A stretch of DNA of 64,000 nucleotides from Ostreococcus lucimarinus (Eukaryota), in the NCBI GenBank assembly GCA_000092065.1, contig CP000584.1. One strand, 5' to 3'. Position 1 is the first letter of the stretch. The number at the start of each line of letters is the position of its first letter. Below the pieces are notes generated by a model, which saw only the letters and a list, made by a program, of their open reading frames with translations, was not told where the DNA came from and searched no databases. The translations under genes and the position numbers were made by a program. Of this stretch, positions 46,569 through 57,331 are shown piece after piece.

Positions 46569-49142
46569 CTAGAGGACGAGCTTGACCCACGGCATGTCGC
46601 ACGCGTCGTTCTCGCAGTTCTCCACCAGCGCGAACGTGATGTCAGCCATGGGCACGGAGAGGGAAATTTGTTGTAAATTTCTGGCCGTCGAGGCGTCCGT
46701 CATGATGAGGTGCGTGGAACGTAAGCGAGAGGCGATGCGAACGCCGCTCCCAATCGGGGGCTCGGCGACGTTTACGCGCGGATCTTTGCACATCACCTTG
46801 AGCATTTGCATCACCGTGCCCATGTCCACGGTGGTCGTGCCGGTGCGTTGAAGCGCCTTAACCAACGCTATCAAGAACATGCGCTCGTAAAAGCTCGCAG
46901 CGTGAATGAGTTTCATGTGCGGACCGTCGAACATTTCGCTTTGCGCTTGGCGGACGTCGTCCATGGTTACTTTTTCGATGCGAGCCTTGGCGCGCGCTGC
47001 GGCGCCCTCTTCTGGTTGCGCGTTTTGCAAAGTGAGAGTAGTCACCTTTTCGACGTTAATTCTGGCTTCGGCGACTTCCGCCGCTCGCCGCGCGAGTTCG
47101 AGCGCTCGCCGCGCGTCGCCGTTCACCGAAGCAACTTTTCTGCAAATCAAGTCGAGGGTCGACGGCGCGTAGGCGTCGCTGCATCCCTCGACACTTTCCA
47201 GACGCGAGGTGACGATCTTCTTGAGCTGTTCCCAGGAATACGGAGCGAAAGCCGCGCGATTGCTTCCGAGTCGAGACGCGATGCGCGGGAGCATGCGTTC
47301 GGGTACGTCGAGCGTGTTGGCGATGCCGATGACGACGAGTCGACTCTTCTTGTGAGTCGGCCAATCGAAAATATTGTACAGCACGTCTTGCCTGTGCGTA
47401 ACGAGCAAATCAAGCTCGTCGACGATGAGAACTGTGACTCGTCCATCGCTTCCTTTGCCTTCCTTGAATCTCTTCTCCAAGACCATGCTCGCTTTGTCCG
47501 GGCTAAACTTTTGCCCCATCAACTCTTCGGCGATGGTGCTGTACGCGTGCTTGGGCGTTTGCAAACGGAGCGCGTTGAGCTCAACGTGGTTGAACTTTGG
47601 AATCACGCCGTTGCGCGCTTGCGAACGAAGGACCCGTATGATTTCGCGAACTGTCGCCGTCTTGCCCGTACCGGGGACGCCGGAAATGTACAGACATTTT
47701 CCCGTGCTGTGCGAACCCGCCATGATGGCTTCGTGCACGAAGTCGTAGACTTGCTTGCGTTCGTTTTCGCGACACGGCAGCGTCGCCGGCGTCGATGCCA
47801 GAGATAACACAGCGCGCACGCCGCCTAAAACAGTCGACGGGTGCTTCCTACCACGACTGAGAGCGCTGCCACCGAAACCAGCAATCTCCAAACGCGCCGC
47901 CGCGTCTTCCACACGCCGTCGAGCGGCGAGACGACCCGCGAGACGACTGTTGGCGCCCGACTTTTTGTCCTTCTTTTTCTTCGAGTCCCAGTCGTCGTCC
48001 TCTGCGTCGCGCCAGTCTAATTCATTCTCAAAGCGATCGTCGTCGCTGAATTCGTCCTCTTCGCCCCATTCGCCGCGACGCTTGAAGCGCTGAAACGCGG
48101 TGTCGTACGTGTATTCGCACACGTACGTGTCGTGCGATCCTTCCTCTTGATCTCGGAATTCTTGAGGCGTGCACACCTTGGCGACGCGAAATAAGCAATC
48201 GACGGGATTAACGTCGACGTTATGCGTCAAAAACACCTCGCGCCGATGCTGAATGGGTTGGCGTCCCATGTGCGTCTCCTCGGGCAGCGCGTACCATCGC
48301 GCCGCGAATTGGTACTCTCCGTTCTCTTCCCAAATGTGCTCTATACGCGCTAAATGGAACCTACCCGCCATGAACTCCGTGCACGCGGTGCGCGTCAACG
48401 TTTCGATTCGCGGCACCGCGCTCGCGGCCTCCCCGCCCCGCGCACACAACGGACAGTGCCAATCGCTCTCCGGCACGCGCGTCAGCGGCGGCTTGAGACA
48501 GCACATGTGCCACCCGCTCAGACACGTATCGCACTCGAGCATGATTCGATCCGCGTTCGGCGCTTCACCGCACACCATGCAAGGACAATCTTCGTCGTCA
48601 TCGAAATCGACCGTTTTCTCGTTCACCACGTACACGCTATCGCCCACGGCAAACTTTTCGCCTTCCAAATTCACGCACTTCCAATACTTGCGCTTCGGCG
48701 CCGCCGCCGCCGCGTTCAATTTTTTTCCCCTCCCCACCTTTTTCCCGTCCGACCCCCCCCCGACGTCGCTCGCGACGTCCCGCGCGTCGCGCGTCCTCGT
48801 CCTCTCCCCCTCGCTCGCTTTCGCCTTCGTCTTTTTCCCTCCTCTCCCCGACGCGTCCCTCGCCGCGTCGTCGTCTCGCGTCCGCGCCGCCTCCGTCTCC
48901 ATCTCCTTCCTCCCTCGCGCCATCTGCGCCAAAAACGCCGCGTTCGCCCGCTTCTTCTTCTTCTTCTTCTTCGCCTTCCCATCGTTCGCGTCCTCGTCGT
49001 CCCGTCCCGTCGTCGTCGTCGTCGTCGTCGTCTTTCGCTTCGTCGGTCGCGTCCCATCCTCGGTGGCGTACACCCGCGTCGCCATCGCGCGCGCGCGCGA
49101 CGTCGACGCGAGTCGCGATCGCAGTCGCGTCTGCCGCTCCAT
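46569..49142 (-). CDS. ORC1: Origin recognition complex subunit 1 (plant-type: BAH + PHD + AAA+)
   Basis: PHD finger CPCMVCGE…CDTC…WHMCC…HCPLC. BAH segment. Walker A GVPGTGKTAT and Walker B VLIVDELD. Winged-helix C-terminus. Confidence 0.85.
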   Translation of the reverse strand: MERQTRLRSRLASTSRARAMATRVYATEDGTRPTKRKTTTTTTTTGRDDEDANDGKAKKKKKKKRANAAFLAQMARGRKEMETEAARTRDDDAARDASGRGGKKTKAKASEGERTRTRDARDVASDVGGGSDGKKVGRGKKLNAAAAAPKRKYWKCVNLEGEKFAVGDSVYVVNEKTVDFDDDEDCPCMVCGEAPNADRIMLECDTCLSGWHMCCLKPPLTRVPESDWHCPLCARGGEAASAVPRIETLTRTACTEFMAGRFHLARIEHIWEENGEYQFAARWYALPEETHMGRQPIQHRREVFLTHNVDVNPVDCLFRVAKVCTPQEFRDQEEGSHDTYVCEYTYDTAFQRFKRRGEWGEEDEFSDDDRFENELDWRDAEDDDWDSKKKKDKKSGANSRLAGRLAARRRVEDAAARLEIAGFGGSALSRGRKHPSTVLGGVRAVLSLASTPATLPCRENERKQVYDFVHEAIMAGSHSTGKCLYISGVPGTGKTATVREIIRVLRSQARNGVIPKFNHVELNALRLQTPKHAYSTIAEELMGQKFSPDKASMVLEKRFKEGKGSDGRVTVLIVDELDLLVTHRQDVLYNIFDWPTHKKSRLVVIGIANTLDVPERMLPRIASRLGSNRAAFAPYSWEQLKKIVTSRLESVEGCSDAYAPSTLDLICRKVASVNGDARRALELARRAAEVAEARINVEKVTTLTLQNAQPEEGAAARAKARIEKVTMDDVRQAQSEMFDGPHMKLIHAASFYERMFLIALVKALQRTGTTTVDMGTVMQMLKVMCKDPRVNVAEPPIGSGVRIASRLRSTHLIMTDASTARNLQQISLSVPMADITFALVENCENDACDMPWVKLVL

Positions 49143-49288
49143 CTCGTCCGTCGTCCCTCGTCGCCGGCGTCGCGGTGTGAGCGCGCGTCGCGGTGTGCGC
49201 GCACCGCGATTCGAATCGATCGCGCGACAGCTCGAGTTTGAATTCGCGTTCGCGTCGTCGCGAGTGCGACGCGCGCGAGGGACGACGG

Positions 49289-50974
49289 ATGCGCGTCTCG
49301 ACGTCGACGCGCGTCTCGATCGCGGTCGCGTCGACGCCGCGTCGCGCGCGTCGGCGACGACGCGCGAACGCGACGCGACGACGCGCGTTCGACGACGACG
49401 ACGACGACGACGACGGACTCGATGGACTCGTGCGACGGGCGTGCGCGCGAATCGGACGCGGCGACGAGGAAGCGAAAGAGATGACGGCGCGATTGCGGGC
49501 GAATTGGTTCGAGACGGCGGAGGACGTGCGAGGGATGGGGCCGGAGGACGCGCGCGCGGCGGGAATGCCGGCGAGGCTGTACGCGAGCGTGCGGGCGACG
49601 CTGGACGAGGACGAAGAAGACGACGTAGAGGCGAGAAATGGGGAAACGAAGCGCGAGGAGAGCGAAAGTGGGTGGATCGGGGGGGCGCTGCCGGGCGCGG
49701 GAACGCGCGCGCCGACGGTGACGCGAGAGGGAGGGACGGCGCTCGCCGACGTGCGCGTGACGCAACGGCGACGATTGAAACCGTTTTCTCTGCGCGGCGA
49801 AGAGGTGAGCGCGGAGTTGGAGGAAGAGTTGAATACGCTGGTGAGAGATTTGACGTCGAGACGCGTCGGTGGTGGGCGCGCGCCCGTGCGAGAGCGCACG
49901 GCGATGAATCACGTCGCCGTGGCGAAGCAATTCATGGGATGGTTGTGCCGAGAGTCAGAGCACGCGAGCGAGTTTGCGACTCTGAGCGTCGATGGACGCG
50001 TGGTGTTGCGTCCGGGCGTGTCGTTGCGCGACGCGTTTCCGAAGCGCGAATCCGTAGGCGCGAAGTACGCGATAGAATACGTTCAGTGGCTCAGCGACGA
50101 GCGTCGCATCAAATCGACGACGGAGGATTTTCAGCTGCGAAGTCTCGTCGCCTTGGCGAAGTGGGTGCACGCGTTCGTCGAAGACGACGGTATAGCGCCG
50201 CCGTGCGTGCAAGAGCTCGTTCGAGTGCAGCGATCGGCGCGCGATCGCGCGAAAAACGCCCCACACGCCGCGGACGACGACCGAAAATGGCTCGAATGGG
50301 ATCAGTACTTGGCGCTCGTCGAGCATCTCAAACTCGAGTGCGCGCCGCTGGATTGCAACGGCAAAGAGCGCTCTGAGCGCGAAATCGCGATGAGCGTGCA
50401 GCGCTATTTATTGTTCGCCATCTTGGCGTGCATTCCCGATCGCCAGCGAACGTTGCGCGAGCTGCAGTTGAACAAGACGCTCTTTCGCGACGCCTCCACC
50501 GGCGCGTGGATGGTGCGTCACGGCAGCGACGATTACAAAACGGGCGGCGCCTACGGCGAGCGACCCGCGCTCGTGATCGATTCTCGCGTCTATCCAGCGC
50601 TCGAGAGTTGGCTCTCCACCCACCGAGCCGCGTTATCGCCGTCCCACGACTTTGTTTTCACCCGCCCCAACGGCACGCCCTGGACGGTGAGCGAATTGTC
50701 GCGAACGTTTTCCCGCGCCGCCCTTCGCGTCACCGGCCAAAAGACCAATCCCCACTTGATTCGCGACATGATCGTCACCCACGTCCGCTCTCGCGGCATC
50801 GCCAGCGACGCCGAGCTCGAGGCCTTGGCTCGTTTCATGGGTCACTCCAGCGCCATGCAAAAGTCCACCTACGACCGCCGCACGACGCAAGAAAAAGTCA
50901 ACCCGGCGTTGTCGTTGATGGCCAACGTCAACGCCGCCGCGCCGCCGTCGCGACCGGCGTCCGCGCCGTCCTAG
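49289..50974 (+). CDS. Tyrosine-recombinase (phage-integrase fold; Crypton-like) domain protein
   Basis: The C-terminal 300 aa carries the R…K…HxxR…H…Y catalytic tetrad pattern in the right order (…PDRQRTLRELQL…HGSDDYKTGG…NPHLIRDMIVTHVRS…LARFMGHSSAMQKSTYDRRT…). An N-terminal SAM-like core-binding region follows a poly-Asp (GAC)n tract. First ATG at 49289 (alternative 49481); the track start is a GTG. Confidence 0.55.
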   Translation: MRVSTSTRVSIAVASTPRRARRRRRANATRRRAFDDDDDDDDGLDGLVRRACARIGRGDEEAKEMTARLRANWFETAEDVRGMGPEDARAAGMPARLYASVRATLDEDEEDDVEARNGETKREESESGWIGGALPGAGTRAPTVTREGGTALADVRVTQRRRLKPFSLRGEEVSAELEEELNTLVRDLTSRRVGGGRAPVRERTAMNHVAVAKQFMGWLCRESEHASEFATLSVDGRVVLRPGVSLRDAFPKRESVGAKYAIEYVQWLSDERRIKSTTEDFQLRSLVALAKWVHAFVEDDGIAPPCVQELVRVQRSARDRAKNAPHAADDDRKWLEWDQYLALVEHLKLECAPLDCNGKERSEREIAMSVQRYLLFAILACIPDRQRTLRELQLNKTLFRDASTGAWMVRHGSDDYKTGGAYGERPALVIDSRVYPALESWLSTHRAALSPSHDFVFTRPNGTPWTVSELSRTFSRAALRVTGQKTNPHLIRDMIVTHVRSRGIASDAELEALARFMGHSSAMQKSTYDRRTTQEKVNPALSLMANVNAAAPPSRPASAPS

Positions 50975-51372
50975 CGATCGCGGAGTCGATCGATTTTCGG
51001 TCTCGACCGCGGCGTCCGGATCGGATCCCGTCGGCGCGCGCCCGCGATGAAACCAAACCAAACCAAACGCCACCGAACCAAACACAGACACGACGCGACC
51101 ACGCGCCGCCGCGCGGTGACCTCGCCGCAGTCGGGGACGCGAGTCGCGACTCGCCGATTCATCACCGCGCGTCGCCGCGGCGCGACGACGCGCGAGAGCG
51201 GAGAAAGGGCGCTCGAATCGTCGATCGCGAATCGCGTCGAACGCGCGACGCGACCGACGCGCGCGACGCGCGCGACGCCGCGCGACGCGACGGCGCGGGA
51301 CGCGCGATCGACGCCCGGACGCGAATCGACGGGAGGCGCGAGCGACGCGAGGAAACGTCGGCGACGCGCGCG

Positions 51373-52503
51373 ATGGCGCCGAACGACGGCGAACGAACGG
51401 CGTTCGCGCTGAAGATCGCGCGAGGGCGCGTCGTGGAGGTGACGAAGACGAACGGGGAGACGATCGAGGGGGTGTTCGCGGAGACGACGAAGAACGGCGG
51501 CGAGGCGACGATCAAGTACGGATGGACGAAACGCGAGGCGGGGGCGAAAGAGCGGGCGCAGAGGAGCAAACCGATGGAAACGATGGCGATCGCGATGGAT
51601 GAGATCGCGAGCATCACGGCGAGAGACGTGGGGATGAGCGATTTGGCGGTGGGGCCGAGTCGAATGAACGACGACTTCACCGACGGCGGCATCTCGAGAG
51701 GGGCGACGGGACAGGATCGCGAACTCGTCGCGTGGGCGCCGGAAGAGGGCGATGGAGCGAGTGGGATGACGCTCGAGGAAGAGGCTGGGATCGGGGCGAA
51801 GAAGGCGGCGGCGGCGGCGTGGGGGAAGAAATCCGGCGGACAGTGGGACCAATTCTCCGCCAATAAGCAACTCTTCGGCGTCGACACCAAGTTTGACGAA
51901 TCCTTGTACACGACGACGATCGATAAGGCCAAGGGAGGGATCTCCGAAGCCGAGGCCGCGCGCATCGCGTACGAGATTCAGAATCAAATCTCGGACAACC
52001 CGCACGTCGCGGAGGAACGTGGCCAAAAGGCGCTCGCGGATTACGACGAAGAGGAACGATACTCCTCGGTGTTGCCCACGCCGAAAGGCGCGGCGCCGCC
52101 GACGCCGGCGTGGGGCTCGGGCAAGGTGCCGAGCACCGTCGCGCAGCACGCGGAAAAGAAGCCCGCGGGTGAGAAGGCGAAGGACGTCGCCCAGCCCGCG
52201 GACGCGTCCAAGTCCAAGCTCAACGCCGACGCCAAGTCTTTCTCTCTCAGCGCCAAGGCGGCCGAGTTCGTGCCGACGTTCAAAAAGCCAGCCGCGCCGC
52301 AAGTGCCGCCCACGGGACCGCAAATGATGATGTACCCGGGTATCCCGCAAATGCAAGGCCAAATGATGTACATGCCGCAAATGGGCATGGGCGTTCCGCC
52401 GCAAATGCGAGGCATGATGCCGGGTATGCCGTACATGCCGCAACAAGGCATGGGCGTCCCGCACGGTGCGCCTCCCACACGACCACCCGAGGGTGAGAAC
52501 TGA
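51373..52503 (+). CDS. ATXN2: Ataxin-2/PBP1-like protein: Lsm, LsmAD and PAM2 motif
   Basis: The LsmAD block SGGQWDQFSANKQLFGVDTKFDESLYTTTIDK is highly conserved. PAM2 motif SKLNADAKSFSLSAKAAEFVP. Met/Gln/Pro-rich tail. Confidence 0.75.
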   Translation: MAPNDGERTAFALKIARGRVVEVTKTNGETIEGVFAETTKNGGEATIKYGWTKREAGAKERAQRSKPMETMAIAMDEIASITARDVGMSDLAVGPSRMNDDFTDGGISRGATGQDRELVAWAPEEGDGASGMTLEEEAGIGAKKAAAAAWGKKSGGQWDQFSANKQLFGVDTKFDESLYTTTIDKAKGGISEAEAARIAYEIQNQISDNPHVAEERGQKALADYDEEERYSSVLPTPKGAAPPTPAWGSGKVPSTVAQHAEKKPAGEKAKDVAQPADASKSKLNADAKSFSLSAKAAEFVPTFKKPAAPQVPPTGPQMMMYPGIPQMQGQMMYMPQMGMGVPPQMRGMMPGMPYMPQQGMGVPHGAPPTRPPEGEN

Positions 52504-52775
52504 GCTCGCGTTCGCGTACACAACGAGCGAGTGCGTTCCATAGGCGTCGCGCGCGCGCCATCCGAAACCGTCAAACCGTCGACGCGCTCGCTCGACGTTT
52601 GATTTTGTCCGTCTCCGACGACGCAATAACACATTACCGACAAAACATATTATCCAGGCGACTCCGACGGCGCGTCGCGTCTTCGCCTTTCGCGACCGTC
52701 GACGCGAGCGCGAAACGACGTCCCGACGGGACGACTGGCGACCCCGCGCGGCGGTTACCGCACATCGCGCCGACG

Positions 52776-53897
52776 ATGCGCGTCGCGCGCGCCTTCGTCG
52801 TCGCTTTCGCGCGCGCGCGCCCGCGAGTGACGCGCGCCGCGCGTCCGAGCGCGCCCGCGACGAAACCGCGCGTCTGCGCCCCCCTCTGCGCGTCCGCCGA
52901 CGACCGCGCGCTGCACAGCCTCGACGGCTGCGACGACGCCAGCGACGCGCCGTACGTCGTCGTCAAGCGCGTCGACGCCCACGACGTCGGCGCGCTCGGT
53001 GATGTGTTACTTTCTCTCGGTGCCTCGTCCGTGTCGACGATCGACGCCGACGCGGGGACGGAGGACGAGCACGAAATCTTCAGCGCCAACACGTTCGAGG
53101 AGCAGGCGAGCGACAAGACGAAGGCGCGCGTTTGGGCGAAGTGCCACGTGACGGCGTACTTTGAAGATCACGCGCGAGCGCGCGCGGGAATCGAGGCGGC
53201 GGAAGAAATTTTGGGGATTTCGTTGGAAGCGTCGTACGCGGAGTCGAAATCAAACGATTGGGTGCAGGCGGTGAAGGATAGCTTTACGCCGACGAAAATC
53301 GCGGACGGGCTGTACATCGTGCCGGATTGGTGTAAAGACGTCGATGCGAACGCTGTGAACATCGCGCTGGAGCCGGGCATCGCGTTCGGTACCGGTGAAC
53401 ATCCGACGACGCGGTTGTGCCTGCGCTGGCTGAAACAGACTTTGGCGAGGCGAGGGAAGACCGAGCTCGTGGTCGATTTCGGATGCGGCTCGGGCGTACT
53501 CGCGATCGGAGCGCTCGTCATGGGGGCCGACCGCGCGGTGGGCGTGGATTTGGCGAAACAAGCCGTGCAGAGTTCTATCGACAACGCCAAGTTGAATGGT
53601 GTGGAGGATCGCTTGACGACGTATCTTGGCGACGGACGCGATCCCGGAACTCCGGGCGCGAACGGGCAGGCGGACGTCGTCGTCGCGAATATTTTAATCG
53701 GCCCCGTGCTCGAGTTGGAGCCACTCTTCGCGGGGTACTGTAAAGTCGGTGGCGAAATCGCGTTGAGTGGGATTTTATACGGTGAGCAGAGCGCATCTGT
53801 CGTGGCAAAGTACGCGCGTCATTTCGACAATATTTGCGTCGTCGAGGAAGGTGGGTGGGCGTGCGTGCACGGCGTACGAAACGGAACGCCAGTCTGA
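52776..53897 (+). CDS. prmA: Ribosomal protein L11 methyltransferase (PrmA), organelle-targeted
   Basis: GLYIVPDW…IALEPGIAFGTGEHPTTRLCL…DFGCGSGVLAI…VGVDLA…NAKLNGV is collinear with bacterial PrmA. First ATG at 52776; the track start is a TTG. Confidence 0.8.
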   Translation: MRVARAFVVAFARARPRVTRAARPSAPATKPRVCAPLCASADDRALHSLDGCDDASDAPYVVVKRVDAHDVGALGDVLLSLGASSVSTIDADAGTEDEHEIFSANTFEEQASDKTKARVWAKCHVTAYFEDHARARAGIEAAEEILGISLEASYAESKSNDWVQAVKDSFTPTKIADGLYIVPDWCKDVDANAVNIALEPGIAFGTGEHPTTRLCLRWLKQTLARRGKTELVVDFGCGSGVLAIGALVMGADRAVGVDLAKQAVQSSIDNAKLNGVEDRLTTYLGDGRDPGTPGANGQADVVVANILIGPVLELEPLFAGYCKVGGEIALSGILYGEQSASVVAKYARHFDNICVVEEGGWACVHGVRNGTPV

Positions 53898-54016
53898 TTG
53901 ATGGTTCTTCGTCGTCATTGTTATTGTGTCGTAGTTTTCTAATACAAAAATTCGCGTGCGCGCGCATATTAACAAAAATTACGAATCCAGTCGTCGTCTA
54001 CATTGCTCGCTTAACA

Positions 54017-55942
54017 TCATTCGCTCGAAACCGGCTCTTTTCCGCCGCCGCCGCACACCTCTTCGCCGTCTTCTTCGCTTTCGTCACCGAGCATAAAGGC
54101 ATCCGACTGCATCGCATTCTTCTGCATAGAGATAGTCGTACCTTTACTCACGCTCGGCGTACCACCGACGCGATTGAAAGTTGTTCCCGGTTGATCCATG
54201 CGCGATTCCGTGCCGGTGGCGTGCGACGGGCTGTCTGGTCGGCGCAAGTGCGTACCGTCAAGCATCGCTCGTGTATCCATGGCAGCGTTATCGTCGACGT
54301 TTTGGAAAGAGCTGAACCCACCTCCGAAAACTCCAGCACTCATGGCGCCATCGGTTTCCCCCTCAACTTCACCGTGCATACCCAAGCCACCGCTGGCGAC
54401 GTAGCCGGCGTTGGGGTAAGAGAACAGTTGCCCGCCCTGCGCGCTCGATCCCGCCATGCCGCTCATGGGCATCGTCCCCCAGGACACTCCTCCCGGTGCG
54501 CCGATGAACGACGATGCGATACCACCCCGTCGTGGTGCGTGGAGAGCGACATCACGTCGGTGAGTGGCTTCGCGCAAATCCGCGACGAGCCCCGGATCAT
54601 CGGGCGTCATTTCCAACGCCTTGGTCAAGTCGCCGATGGCGGTGCCGAAATCTCCCTCGGTCACCGCGGCGAGCGCTCGCGCCTTGAGTGCGAGTGCATT
54701 GTTCGGTTCGCGCGCGAGCGCGCGAGCTGCGAGTTCACCCGCTCGCACGGGATCGGCTCTCCGAAGCGCGCACGCGCTCGCTTCGAGCAAGCACGCCGTC
54801 TTCAACTGTGAATTTCGCTCCGACGATCCACCCGTCTCTTCGGTTTCAAACATTTCAATTTGATCGATAAATCGCAGGGCGTGTCCGTACGCGCGCTCGG
54901 CGGTGCCGAAATTCTCGATCGCCTTGAGCGCATCCGCGCGAGCCTTGAGCTCGAGCGACGCCGGAACGAGCGATTCTCGCGGTACGTCCCACGGTTCTTG
55001 ATTATCCCACCGCGTCGGCGCGGGCAGAATGATTTGCTTCGATTCGACCTCGGTACCGACACCTGCCGCTCCTCCCTCACCGGCGAGCAAGCTTCCAGCC
55101 GCCTTGATGTCGCCACATTCCACCTCTTCGCTATTGCCCAGGCCCGAATCCGCGCGCCCGCCTTCGCCGCGCGAATTCGTAAGCCTCTGCGCCTCGGTCG
55201 AATCCACCGGACGCGCGCGGTCGCTCGACACCGCCGCCGTGTTCGAATCTCCCGCACTATTCGCCGGCCGCTGTGCGTGTCCGTGCACCGTGCTCGAACT
55301 CCCCGTCGCGCCTCCGCGCCCGCCGACGCGACTTCGCGTCAACCCGGGCGCCGCGCCGCGCCGCGCCGCGCCGTCCGCATTCGTCGCGTCGACCGTCGCC
55401 GCCGCCTCCTCACCCATCGCCCGCGCGCGCGCCCTCACATTCCCGGCTTCGTCTCCGTTCACGACGTCGTCGTTCGACCGCACGGCTTGCGAGTTTTGAA
55501 TCGAGTGCGTCGCCGCGCGTCGCGCCCCTTCGTCCCCGATCACCGTGGCGTGTCCCGGATTTTCGATCGACCGCGTCACCGCCGCCGCGTCCACCGCGGG
55601 CATTCGTGTCTCGTATCCGCCGTCGTCGTCCAAGTCTCTCGCGGACCGTTCGACGTCCGCGTCGTCGTCCGCGTCTTCGTCCCCTCGTCGCGTCCCGCGT
55701 CCCCGTCGCCGCGCTTCGCCCGCGCCGCCCGCGCCGCCCATCCCGAACGCCGATCCCGACGATTGCGCCGCGCGCGTCGCCGCGGCGCGCTCGGGCGACG
55801 CCCGCAGCGCGTCGTCGTCGAGGCGTTCGGCGCCGTCCGTTCGCATCAGCATCGGACTCAGATGGGTGTCACCCTCGGACGTCGTCGCGTCGAGCGTCGC
55901 CAGCGACGCCGCGCCCGTGGATCCGCCCGCGCTGCGCGCCAT
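54017..55942 (-). CDS. TPR-repeat protein with a long low-complexity N-terminal half
   Basis: TPR-like helices (…AERAYGHALRFIDQ…ALKARALAAVTEGDFGTAIGDLTKALEMTPDDPG…). ATG is the reverse complement of 55940-55942. The upstream part of the ORF is Arg/Asp-rich and starts at a GTG. Confidence 0.45.
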   Translation of the reverse strand: MARSAGGSTGAASLATLDATTSEGDTHLSPMLMRTDGAERLDDDALRASPERAAATRAAQSSGSAFGMGGAGGAGEARRRGRGTRRGDEDADDDADVERSARDLDDDGGYETRMPAVDAAAVTRSIENPGHATVIGDEGARRAATHSIQNSQAVRSNDDVVNGDEAGNVRARARAMGEEAAATVDATNADGAARRGAAPGLTRSRVGGRGGATGSSSTVHGHAQRPANSAGDSNTAAVSSDRARPVDSTEAQRLTNSRGEGGRADSGLGNSEEVECGDIKAAGSLLAGEGGAAGVGTEVESKQIILPAPTRWDNQEPWDVPRESLVPASLELKARADALKAIENFGTAERAYGHALRFIDQIEMFETEETGGSSERNSQLKTACLLEASACALRRADPVRAGELAARALAREPNNALALKARALAAVTEGDFGTAIGDLTKALEMTPDDPGLVADLREATHRRDVALHAPRRGGIASSFIGAPGGVSWGTMPMSGMAGSSAQGGQLFSYPNAGYVASGGLGMHGEVEGETDGAMSAGVFGGGFSSFQNVDDNAAMDTRAMLDGTHLRRPDSPSHATGTESRMDQPGTTFNRVGGTPSVSKGTTISMQKNAMQSDAFMLGDESEEDGEEVCGGGGKEPVSSE

Positions 55943-57120
55943 GTCGGCGCGCGCGACGCGCGAAGACGCGTCGCGGTGTGCGACTCGGCGGCGTCCGCGC
56001 GGCGGGCGACGCGAACGCGAACGCGAGACGCGCGCGAACGTCGAGGTCGATATCCCGAATCGTCGATGTGAATGAATTACACGAATCACACAAAAAGTTA
56101 GTTCGTTTCCCAGCGCTCGCTCGTCGCGATGACGCGTCGAAATCGCCCGTCGTCGCGTCACCGCGCGTTGGGATCGAGCGGAAACGACGCGCGCGCCGCG
56201 TCGCTCGGAAACGGAAACGGAAACGCGACGCCGACGCCGACGCCCGCGATCGCGCGCATCGCGTCGATCGTCATCGTCGACGACGACGACGACGACGCGC
56301 GGTGCGCGTGACGCGCACCGCGACGCCCGCCGCCGCCGCGTCCCGTCGACGCCGGCTCGCCTCCGTCTCGCGCCGGCGACGACGCGTCTAGAACTTCGTC
56401 GTCCGTCGCCTCCTCCGTCGTCATCTCCGCGTCCCACGAAGCGAGTCGTCCCGTCATCGTCGACGTCGACGTCGTCGGCGTCTCCGAGTCGTTCGCTTCC
56501 TCGCGCTCGCGCTCGCGCTCGTCCCGCCTCGCGTCTCGCTTGGCCAGTCGTCCGTCGCGCACGCCGACGGCTTCGACGTACGCGTCTCGTCTTCGCTTGC
56601 GCCCGCGCGCCGCGCGCGCGGCGTCACCGTCGTCGTCCATGGAATCCACGTCGCACGCGGCGCGCGCGCGCGCGTTTTCGAACGAACGCGCGAACCACCG
56701 GTCGGTGATTGATTGTATTGATTTTTGAACGCGATGCGCTCGAGCTCGACGCCGCGACGACGCGACGACGCGACGACGCGACGCGCGACTACCGACGACG
56801 CGACGACGACGATCGCGACCGATCGGATCGATCGCGCGTCTCGCGGTGTCGCGCGCGCGGCGTCGAACGCGCGTCTTCCATCGATCGATTCGACGCCCGC
56901 GTCTTCTCGGCGACCGACCGAACGCGACCGACGACGCGATCGCGACGAACGGCGCGTTCGACCGACGTCGAGATCGAAATCGAACGATCGCACCGCGATC
57001 GATCGGTGCGATCGAACCTCGACGCGTCGATCGAACGATCGTCGAATCGCGCGATCGACCCATCTGGATCGCCGTCGGCGCCGACGTCACGCCCGGCGGC
57101 ACAGCGCGACGGACGACGCC

Positions 57121-57331
57121 ATGAGCGACTGGGCCGACGACAGCGGCGATTTACCACCCCTGAGCGCGGGACTGCCGCCGCCACCGACGACGACGACGAC
57201 GACGACGATACCGAAACCGTCGACGTCGGTGCCGGCGCCGCAGGTCGCGTCGCCGCAGAAATCGGGATACGTCCCGCCGCATCTGCGGAATCGGCACGCG
57301 GCGGCGGGCGACGGCGGGTCGCGAGGATTCG
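57121..57331 (+). CDS. DDX3: DEAD-box helicase DDX3/Ded1, exon 1 (MSDWADDSGDLPP…GYVPPHLRNR…GFG); donor GTGCGTCG at 57332
   Basis: Contains the conserved eIF4E-binding Y(I/V)PPHLR motif of DDX3/Ded1. Confidence 0.7.

Noticed and set aside
56158-57102. 314-aa minus-strand ORF in the DDX3 upstream block as a protein-coding gene
   Set aside because: Almost entirely RRDDRSR-type low complexity with equally long ORFs on the opposite strand. Kept only as a finding to test, not as a feature.
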